Shown: in pieces, positions 53,801 to 64,000 of the stretch
Layout of the letters: each line of letters starts with the position of its first letter
Numbering within the stretch: position 1 is the stretch's first letter
Source of the DNA: the human T2T-CHM13v2.0 reference genome, Homo sapiens
Length of the DNA stretch: 64,000 bases
Direction: 5' to 3' (one strand)
Assembly (NCBI RefSeq): GCF_009914755.1
Contig: NC_060938.1
The notes under the pieces: model-generated
Told to the model about the DNA's origin: nothing
The model's input: the letters and a program-made list of their open reading frames with translations, nothing else
Database searches by the model: none
Translations under genes and position numbers: made by a program

Positions 53801-55859
53801 AGAGCCCACCAACCTCTCAGATAATACCCCTCAGCTTGGTCTGACCCCAGAACCTTGAAATGTTGTGTACCTGCCGCTGTGGACAGCTTCCCATGCAGGT
53901 GTTTCAGCCTCGTGTGACATCTCCCTACACTACACTAACACAGCTCTTAAAGGTGGGAACTTGTCTCTTTCATGCCTGTCTTCCTGTTATGTCTTTCACA
54001 CTACGTGGCACATAATAGAGGCTAGAAAAATGCTCATTTCATTGAATATAATTCAAGAAAATGCATAAGACAGCATCAGCCATGTACTTGCTCTCTCAGC
54101 AGAGATAGGTGTAAACAATGATGGGAAGGGGATACTTCCAGATAGGGGAAGAGGGACGCTGGGCATAGATTCTGTAGGTTGCTCAGATGGGAAGTTGTTT
54201 CTTTTTCTTTTTTTGTGTGTGGTTTTCAACAACTCTAAGTTCTGTTATATTTGCTTCAAATAAAACTAAAATATGAGTTATGCACACACTCAGATATCCA
54301 AACAGATGCATGAATGAATGGGATACCCCCATCCATCTGGCACATCATAATAAATGAATTAGATAAGAACAGCTGGAAAAATATTGAGATCCTTTGCCAA
54401 TGACACCGGCAAATTCTAGTTCTATCTCCGAGTCAGATCTGCCCCCCACCCCCAGTCTGTCCAAAAGGGTAATAACGTTGGATAATAACTTACATTGTGC
54501 AGGGCCCTATGGCTTCAGAGTTTACAAAACCCTCTTATTGAAATCATCATCTTGCAGATCCTTTAAAGCTCAGTGGCATCACCTTCCCACCTCAGAGGCT
54601 GAATTTCTCCAGCTGGGCTAAATTGCTTATATGATCCTACATGTTCCTCACTCTCTCTGGTCTCCAGATTGCTATACATGCTGGTACCTCCAGCCCTGTG
54701 CCCTTGTTTCCCTTTGTGCCTGCTCACCCCTCAGATCTTGGCTTCATCATTGCTTCCTCCAAGAAGCCTTCCCTGACTCCACGTCTGGGTCCCCTGTCCC
54801 TCTGTGCTCACTAAGCCTCTCAGAGCCTCTTCCCCACCATCGACTATTCTACCTCCATCTTTTCCACCAGACTGTGTGCTTCTGAAGCCAGGATCTGTCT
54901 TACATATGGCACAGAGCAGGTGTCTTCAAATAAGACATTACAAGAATGTGGAATGGCAGAACCCCATAAGGTGGATATGGTGTACCTCCTTGGACACGTG
55001 AAGAAAGCGACACTCAGGGGCACTGAGCTGACGCCCAAGAGCACGGCTCTCTCTCAGATGCCCTGTGTTAGATGCTGCTAAGATGCGATCTTCCCAAAGT
55101 AGCTTTGATTCCTTTAAGCTTCTGCTGGCCTGGAGAGCATGTGCCAAGTTGAAATGAGCATTAAAAGAATGTTGTGGGCTGAGCAGATCATGGGAACAAC
55201 TGCTATACAAATACTGTCAAATGGGGCATGTATTTAAAAGGTTAGACAAAATACCCCCTTGGCTTTTTCCTTTGGTTGTCTTTTTATAGTCCACTGCAAA
55301 ACAATAACGGATACAAGCTTGCAGAGAATGCGTGTATATTTTCTTTTTCTTTCTTTCTTTCTTTTTCTTCTTCTTCTTTTTTTTTACCTTTCCCTAAGGA
55401 GCTTCTGTGCTACCCACACTAATTGTAGGTTTTTCTGAAAATGCAGCATGAATCATTTATAAATAAAGAGACTTTAAAATCCCTAAAAGACTCCCCGAGG
55501 TATTCAGTATTTCAGCATAAAATAACTGTTAAATGGAGTTATTCTGAATTAGCTTTTACTGGAAAGTGGTGAAAATAAAGTTTTCTTTTCACCATGATTC
55601 TTGCAGTAATTCTTTTACACAGCCACCCGGGGTAATTGACAATCTATTTCCATAATGCAGGTTTTAGCAAAGCCATACTCTGAAATAGCTAGTGCTAGAG
55701 AAGGGGGGCTCTTCGGGAAAGACAGCTCTCACATTGGCTGAGAAGGAAGCCAGCCAAAGGTCCCTGGGTGAGGGTCTGGGATGACCCTTAAGGCCCAAAT
55801 ACAAACACAGATATTGATGTGGGGTGGTGGGAGTGGTGGGGGAGGGTGGTGGGGAAAGA

Positions 55860-56090
55860 ACAGTGGCTTTGAATTCAGACAAACCAGAATTCCAACACCA
55901 GCACTACCTCCTACCAGCTGTGCGACTTTGGAAGAGTTGTTTAACCTCTCTGATTTTCAGCATCTTCAGGGATAATAATAATAATAATACTTCGTAAAGT
56001 TGTTAGGAAAGTTTGAAATAATATTTATAAATTCCCAGGATAAAAGAGATCACAATGACCGTGATCCTTAATTATTAATAATCATGATGT
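55860..56090 (+). mobile_element. MIR
   Basis: 'ctaccagctgtgcgactttggaagagttgtttaacctctctgattttcag'. Confidence 0.75.
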
Positions 56091-56189
56091 TACCATTTAT
56101 AGATTTGGGTTGGCCTTGAATACATGTGCCAGAAAGCTATCTGAATACCTTGTCTCTGCTCTCTCTTACTGGTCATTTGAACACCTTCA

Positions 56190-57050
56190 TTCTTCCATCC
56201 ATCCATCCTTCCATTCTCCCATCCATGGGTTGTCTGGTTCATTTCATCTGCAAATATTTTCAGGCCATATCGTGTACCATGTGCTCTGTGCTAAGCGCTG
56301 GGGGTCTGAAGGTGAATGAAAGCATGAGGGGCTTAGTCTCATGGGGAAAGGCAGAGAGATAATGAATATGTGTGAGACAGTGATACAGGTGTGACAATGA
56401 CAATTCTACATTGATGACAGTGGAGGTGAAAAGCAAGCAGTGGTCAGTTTCACCAGGGGGTGGAAAGCAGGGTCAGGGGTGTTTCATAGGTAGAGGGTGG
56501 GCGCTTGAGCCAAACCTTGAGAGGCGAGGGTTTTCCAGGTGAGTGCGGGGGAAGGGGTGCCACCACTATTCTGTAGGAGGGTGTCCTCTGAGCTCAGGAA
56601 CATCTGTCTTATTTTCCCCCACTCTCCGTCCCATGCTTGTCTCAATGCCTGACTCACAGTGGGCTTCCCATCCACAATTTAGTGAATTTATGAATGAGTG
56701 AATGAATTCCAGGTGGCAGGCACAGAGGATGACCTGGAGGAGGAAGGACTGGCTTGATGACTGGTGTGTCCGAGGACAGTCACTAGCTAACTCGGGCTAG
56801 GCAGAGGCACAAGGTGGAAGGAGTGATGGAGGTGGGTGTCAGGTGAGAAAGGACCTTAGCCATCTGGCCAAGGGTGAGGTGGAGCCACTGAAGGATTTCA
56901 CTGAGCGAGGCCAAATGAACTTTCCTGCCTTTTGACAAATCCCCAGCAGCTTCAGAGAGCAGATTGGAAGGAGGAAATAGGCAAGGATTTGACAGGCCCT
57001 GCTGGACTCATCCTCTTTGCTGTCCCAGCTTGGTGTACGGTCCCAGATCA
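56190..57050 (-). mobile_element. L2 fragments, mostly antisense
   Basis: 'caaatatttt...gtaccatgtgctctgtgctaagcgctggggg', 'ggagccactgaaggatttca'. Confidence 0.6.
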
Positions 57051-57575
57051 CGTTGGATTCTGTGTGTAAAATTATGCAGAGGAGGTTCCCCTTCTATTTT
57101 TTAGTTGATTGACAAATTGTCCTGTCACTCAAACGCTTCTTCAACTTATCATAAGGAGTAAAAGAAAATTATCTGTTCAATGCATATGGGAAAGAAAGCT
57201 TGTTCATTAACCTCTCGACTGCTGAGCTCTGAAGCTTGTGACGCTTCAAGGAATACACAGGGAGGACCTGAAAGCAGGTATGGGAATGCTGTGTGTACGC
57301 ATTGCTCTCTTTATTTACACGTGCATGCAGTGTGCACATCTGATCTCTACAATCCCTTTCAGAAATACACAAACTCAAACATACACATACACACACCCAC
57401 ACTAACAGCTCACATACATCTTGCAAAGTGTGTAGTTACTGCATACGTTTACGCCTTGGAGAAGCGCACACACATAGACAGACAGATGCTTGCAAACCAG
57501 TGTTTTACAATGGGAACTGCCTGCCAGCTGTCGGAACTTGGGACCGATCTAAAAATGTTGCACTTCTTGGAGAGC

Positions 57576-57875
57576 TTTTTTTTTTCTTTTTCTTTTTGAG
57601 ACAGAGTCTCATTCTGTCACCCAGGCTGGAGTGCAGTGCGATCCCAGCTCACTGCAGCCTCCGCCTCCCAGGTTCAAGCGACTCTAGTGCCTCAGCCTCC
57701 CAAGTAGCTGGGATTACAGGCGCTGGCCACCATGCCTGGCTAATTTTTGTATTTTCAGTAGAGACGGGGTTTCACCATGTTGGCCAGGCTGGTCTTGAAC
57801 TCCTGGCCTCCAGTGATCTGCCCACCTTGGCCTCCCAAAGTTCTGGGATTACAGGCCTGAGCCACTGCGACCGGC
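57576..57875 (-). mobile_element. AluSx-like
   Basis: Antisense Alu; TSD tggagagcttttt on both sides. Confidence 0.96.
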
Positions 57876-58055
57876 TGGAGAGCTTTTTAAAGTATCTGTC
57901 TATTTTCTGATTCCTCCAGCATACAGCTCAGACTTCTCTAAAAGGAGGGTGTTGGTTGGGAAGAAAGCCCCAAGAATATGTGACAGTGAATGTCCCCAGA
58001 TGGCTAGGCAGAGGTGCTCCTGAATCACCGTCATTGTGGTTGTTTCCTTACACTT

Positions 58056-58513
58056 TGTGCTAGTCAGAATTCTCAGGAGAAACAGAACCAGGTTTATGTG
58101 ATTATGGAAGCCAAGAAGTCCCATGATCTGCCACCTGCAAACTGAAGACCCAGAAAATTCAGTGTGTGGTTCAAAAGCCTAAGAGCCAGAGAGCTGATGG
58201 TGTAGATTCCAGTCGAGTCTGAAGACCTGAGAGCCAGGAGCATCGAGGGCAGGGTAAGACTGATGTCCCAGCTCAAGCAGTCGGGCAGAGAGTGAATTGA
58301 ACTTTCCTCTGCCTTTTTGTTTTATTCAGGTCCTCAAGAGGTTGCAGGATGCCCACTCATATTGGAGAGGGTCTCCTGTGTTGCTGAGTTCACCCGGTAA
58401 AATGCTAATCTTTTCCAGAAACACCCCAGCAGACACACCCAGAAATAATGTCTAACCAGCTATCTGGCCACCCTGTGGCCCAGCCAAGTTGACATACACA
58501 ATCAACCTTCATA
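58056..58513 (-). mobile_element. MLT2B-like ERVL LTR
   Basis: 'gattatggaagccaagaagtcccatgatctgcc', 'cagacacacccagaaataatgt', 'ccaagttgacatacacaatcaacc'. Confidence 0.88.
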
Positions 58514-58529
58514 TCTGGTAAGTCACAAT

Positions 58530-58760
58530 ACTGACACTTAGTTCTTGACCACATATTAGCACATGCCAAGCACCGGGCTTGGCCTTTTTCATGCATGATC
58601 TCAAACCTTCACAATGACTCCAAGAAATAAGTGTGGTCCCATTTTATAGATGTGAAACTGAGGCCCAGAAAGGCGGATCTGTGTCTGCCAGGGTCAGAGT
58701 GAGAGGATAACAGTGCTGGGGTCTAACACAGGTCCCTTCTACTCTAAAATTCATATTCAA
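58530..58760 (-). mobile_element. MIR
   Basis: 'cccattttatagatgtgaaactgaggcccagaaagg'. Confidence 0.75.
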
Positions 58761-59499
58761 TGACACCTTTTTTTTTTTTCTGTGCACACTTTTTTTTTTT
58801 TTTGCTTTGTTAGGCACTTCTACTGTTGCAGTTCACCTTTACACAAGTAACAAGAAGGTGGACATTATTAATACTTTCATCCAAATATTTATTGAGCCAG
58901 GCACTGTTCTCAGTTTGGGGAAACAGCCCATGAACAGAGCAGACTAAGTTCTAAATACCAGCTTCTTTCTAATAGGAGAAGGCAGAGTGTCAACAAGTTC
59001 CTAAGTAATACTTCTGTGTGTGCAATGCAGGAGAAAAAGAGCAGGAAAGGGGAAAAGTGTCTGGGGTGTTTCTCCTAAGATGGAGTACTTGCCAAGGCTA
59101 TGTGACTTTTGACCAAAACAAGAAGATGCAGGACTTGTAAATAAAAGGGCTCATCTGGTAGTAGTGTTGTTTGAAATGACTGGCTAATTTTGAGGATTTC
59201 AGTATTTATGGAGAAATTCAACATTTTTAAAAAAGTACTTAGAAATTGGTATTGATGTTGAATCTCTTTAAGGTAAAATGTTAAAGCTTTTCACGTATTG
59301 GAACTCTACCTGGCCTTGGGCTATCCCTGGAAAAAAGCAGAGCCACCTCTATGGACACACAGCTGCCCCAGTGCTGGAAGCTTCAACAGCTTGCATGAAG
59401 GAACTCACTCCAAAATGAGAAATTGTAGAGTTTTAAAAGCTGCTCATTTGTATAAAATAACTTGATCTGCTATAAACCACCATTAAAAAAAACACAGTG

Positions 59500-59924
<425 letters not shown>

Positions 59925-61210
59925 TTAAAGAAGACTGTATAGATTTGCCAAGGTTTTATAGCTGAGTAAAGATATTACCTTCCTAAAAAAAAGATGGGGT
60001 GCTCAGAGGAGGCCTCACTGATGAAGTGATCGTTAAGTAGAACCTAGAGGAGGTGAAGCATAAATAAGAAGCGAACTATCTGGGGAGGTGAATTAACTCA
60101 GATGTGGTCACAAGGCCCCGTAGCAGTAGGGCTGAGCTCAGACCACAGCCCTAGCTCTCAGTGAAGCTTCTGCCTCCAAGCTTCCATGGGCAGAGCTGGT
60201 GGAGCTCCATTCTTGCTCTGTGCTACTGGGTGGATGGAAGGGTGGCCATCTTCCCTGAGATGAACCAGGTGCCTTCAGTCCAAACACCTGAGCGGAGGGC
60301 TTTTCTTGGCACTTGTCCTCATATTTTCTTCCCAAACTCTGGTTGCAAAAGGTAGAAAAGTTGAGGCCACCTTGCAGGCCTGTACAACAAATCCCCTCAC
60401 TGTGGCTTCTGTTCCCAAAGTCCAGTTTTTGCTCCACTTTTGAAAATATGTCTTCCTGCCAGGGGCTGAGTAGGTTGAAGTCTTTGAAACACTAAGTGTT
60501 CTATAAAATCCAAATAATTCATTGTAAATCAAAGTACTTGGCATGCTGGCTGCAAAGCCTGGAGCTTTTTTTTTCCTTTTTTTCCTAAGGTAATCTCTAG
60601 AAAGTAGTTTGTACTCATGTTTCTACAGTGATTAAATATGCAAAGTAATTTCCATGATTTTCACTGCGTTCTGAACCAAATCAGATTCCGTTCTGCTCCT
60701 CTTTGTACAAAGCCACTTATTGGATCAGATTCCAAAACAAATCCCTCGAATTTGGCGGATCATCATTTTAAAAGGGGGCTTGTTAAGGTAATCATTAAAT
60801 TAAACCACCCCTTTAAGAATATTTAGATCTGGTCTGCCAAGCGGAACGGTCTAATGGTTTTTAAATTAGAAGCTGCGGAATGCTGGCGAATTTTCTTTTG
60901 TGGGTCAAGTGGGTATTAACAAATGCTAAGACTGTTGTCTCTTTTGTCATCACCTTGAAATCTGCAAAGAAAAGCAAAGAGTGGGAAGGACCCAAGGAGA
61001 GAGGCTGGGTGGGGATGGAACATCCGCTCAATGCCCATGGCTGGCCGCAGATTAAGGCTGGGCAGGAGAAAAGGTGGGAACTGCTGCTCACCATCTCCAC
61101 ATCTGGCCTCAAGAGAAGCCAAAGCCTGAATCTGCAGGGAAAACGCTGAAGGCCAGGGAATGTCCCAAAGCCTGGCAGGCTTGAGCAGCTGATTGGGTCA
61201 GATCTCCTAA

Positions 61211-61587
<377 letters not shown>

Positions 61588-61692
61588 TGAAGAAAGCCAG
61601 AAGCAGGAGCAGGAGCCCTTTGTTAGCTCATCCTCCAGGTGCTTGGGGACTTGAGATTGTCATGCAATGCATTTCACCTCCTCTAACCAGGG

Positions 61693-61867
61693 TTTTTTGT
61701 TTTTTGTTTTTGTTTTTTGACATTGTCTCACTCTGTTGCCCAGGCTGGAGTGCAGTGGTGCAATCTTGGCTCACTGTAGCCTCAACCTTCTGGGGTCAAG
61801 CAATCCTCCTGCCTAAGCCTCCTAAGTAGCTGGGACCACAGGTGCACACCACCATGCCTGACTAATT
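61693..61867 (-). mobile_element. AluJ right arm or FRAM monomer
   Basis: 'ctcactgtagcctcaaccttctggggtcaagcaatcctcc'; ends at the linker. Confidence 0.88.
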
Positions 61868-62034
61868 ATCAGATCGTTTATCTTCTTGGCAGCTCCTCGG
61901 ATCGCAAGTTAAGGTGGCCCAGGCATGGGGCCTAGTGGAACTGAGCTGGGTTTGTCTGACTAATTGAAGCAAGGTTGTAGCTGAGCCTTAGAGTCACATG
62001 GAGAGAGTTACACCAGCCATGTCCATATGCACCT

Positions 62035-62142
62035 TTAACAGAGCCTGATTTAATTCAGCTGGGGTGGGGTCCAGTGCTGGCTTTTTTTTTTTTTTTAACT
62101 TTCTATATAACTCTAATGTGTAGCCAATGTTGAAAACTATTA
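62035..62142. mobile_element. MER5A-like fragment
   Basis: 'ctgatttaattcagctggggtggggtccag...tctaatgtgtagccaatgttgaaaacta'. Confidence 0.55.
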
Positions 62143-62264
62143 CACATTTGGAAAAAAGTCTTCCTTGTAGAGACATTTAAAGGCATAAGGGTCCTGTGCA
62201 CATGCAGCCTTCGGTTAAACCAGAGGAACAGCAAACGAAGGCCCTTGGGCTTAGTATCGCCTAT

Positions 62265-62580
62265 GCGCACCATGTGTTTTTGTATGACCCATACAAGATT
62301 GTTTTTGCATTTTTGAGCGGTTGAAAAATATTTAAAAGAATAATATTTGATGATACGTGGGAGTTATATGAGATTCACAATTTGGTATCTGTGAATAAAG
62401 TTTTATTGACACACAGCTATGCTCATTTACAAGTTATTGTCTATAGCTGCTCATATGTTCAACAGTCAACGTTTATATGTTTTGTGCTTCATTGGTAGAG
62501 CAGTTGCAACAGAGATTGTATGGCCTGCAAAGCCTAAAATATATACTGTCTGGTCCTTACAGAAAATTTGCTGATTTTTG
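62265..62580. mobile_element. MER58B-like element
   Basis: 'aataaagttttattgacacacagctatgctcattt', 'gtatggcctgcaaagcctaaaatatatactgtctggtcc'. Confidence 0.8.
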
Positions 62581-62679
62581 AGTTAAATCCTAGGAGAAGA
62601 GGACCATTGCACATATACTTCTGTTTAATCCATGCAATGCCAGATGGGACCCCTTAAAACCAAGAAGCCTACAGAAGCA

Positions 62680-63210
62680 AAGATTTTTTTAAAAAAGATA
62701 AAATTCAGCATTACTGTGGTTGTGGGGGAAGGGACACTTTCATACACAGCCAAGGGGAGCATCGGTAGGCCTTTTGTTAGTCTGCAACAAGGACCTTAAC
62801 AATGTTCATATGCTTTGGCCGGCCCATTCTATTTCTAGAAATGAGTCTTGTGGAAACTCTCAATTATATGTGCAGTTTTATCTACCAGGATTTTATTGCA
62901 AAATCATAATATGAAAAAAAACCCACAAAAATCTAATTGTCCAACAATAGAGGGTGTTTTAATAAATTGCGCTATATCCACATACAGCTATAAAATGGAT
63001 ACGATGGAAGAAGAGATAATGATACAGGAAAGTGTCTATGGTCTATAAAGTGAAAAATAAGCCATAAAAAACCTATGAGCAGAAAAATTTTACTTTATCA
63101 AAAAGCAATACATATCTATATGATACCTCAAATGATGATAATGTCTAATTCTAGGTAATTTTAATTTTTTCCTGTTTTTCTATATTTTTCAAATTTTCTG
63201 CACTGAACAG
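62680..63210 (+). mobile_element. Ancient L1ME-like 3' fragment
   Basis: 'ggacactttcatacac', 'cccattctatttctagaaat', 'ctaattgtccaacaatagaggg'. Confidence 0.6.
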
Positions 63211-63399
63211 GAGTTAAAGTGGTAGTGCTATTGAGAGGTAATTCCCTAAGATCAGTGCAGTATGGGAGACGGTCTTAGCTGTGGAGTGAGAAACTTGAAT
63301 ATCCCAGGACCCCTCCTCGTCTCCACCTGCTGGATGGGCTTGAAGATACTGCACAAAAGACATGGCGTTCTCTGCCCTAGGCAATGAAGTGTGTTGTGA

Positions 63400-63610
63400 A
63401 AAACAAAGACTTCCAAACCGTGGGACCTGAATATGACTCCAGCTTTGATCACTTATTTGCTCAGTAATTGTAGCCATTTTGAGGGTCATTTTGATCCTCT
63501 GAAAGGCAGGGACCAAAAGAAGTCTTCCTGATGAGGTTTCCTTGAGGATTGATGAGGGAGCTTATGGAAAGGCAACAGGTGCAGTCCCTGGGTCAGGCGC
63601 ATGTGCCAGA
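63400..63610 (+). mobile_element. MIR
   Basis: 'ttgaggattgatgag...ttatggaaagg...gtgcagtccctgg'. Confidence 0.55.
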
Positions 63611-64000
63611 ACCTTACCCTGATCTTTCAAAGTTGTTCTACTTGAAACCTCTTGAACATGTTGTATTTTTCTAATCATGCCCTTTTGTCTAAGGGCAAGA
63701 AGTTATGGCTGCAGTTTCATGCACTCAGAACATCTGTCCTGAAAGCGAGTCCCTCATGCATCTGCACAGATTCTCCTAGGCTCTGCTCCCATATGCAGCG
63801 TCTTCAGTAGATGCAAGTTCCTGATGCTGCTCTCCAGGGCACGTGTGTGCTCTGTCCTTCCACATGCCTTATACGGGGGTCCTAGAGTGACAGGAGGCAA
63901 ATGCTCCTCAGCCCTACCTTAGCCATAATAAACACCCTAGGGGTGACAGATGAAGCTGGGCCCGTAGGCACTGTGCCCCGGTCACCTGTTACTGCATGCC

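Noticed and set aside
57428-57910. 160-aa ORF and other Alu-overlapping ORFs
   Set aside because: Typical antisense Alu translations ([17 protein letters not shown]).

Overview
This is primate, almost certainly human, genomic DNA: it holds 14 Alu copies (J, S and Y types) plus L1, L2, MIR, MaLR/ERVL LTR and MER DNA-transposon relics. I find no credible protein-coding gene. The supplied ORFs are explained by GC-rich CpG-island sequence, microsatellites, Alus or decayed L1 ORF2. A CpG island at about 775-1800 contains a strong + strand splice donor (CAG|GTGAGG at 1218/1219), which looks like the promoter and first exon of a probably non-coding transcript. The remaining ~62 kb is intergenic or intronic, with repeats separated by repeat-free, motif-rich blocks that resemble developmental enhancers. 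The most distinctive sequence-level observations are a 34-nt U2 snRNA 5' retrocopy with a perfect 16-bp target-site duplication (TSD), two inverted GATA/TATC tracts that share the same interruption pattern, a self-complementary (TC)n(AC)n(AG)n microsatellite next to the CpG island, a 33-bp duplication carrying AGGTCA half-sites, and a truncated ERVL provirus. I could not identify the locus and found no evidence of a new multi-gene system. Repeat subfamily names come from recalled consensus features; boundaries of old repeats are approximate.
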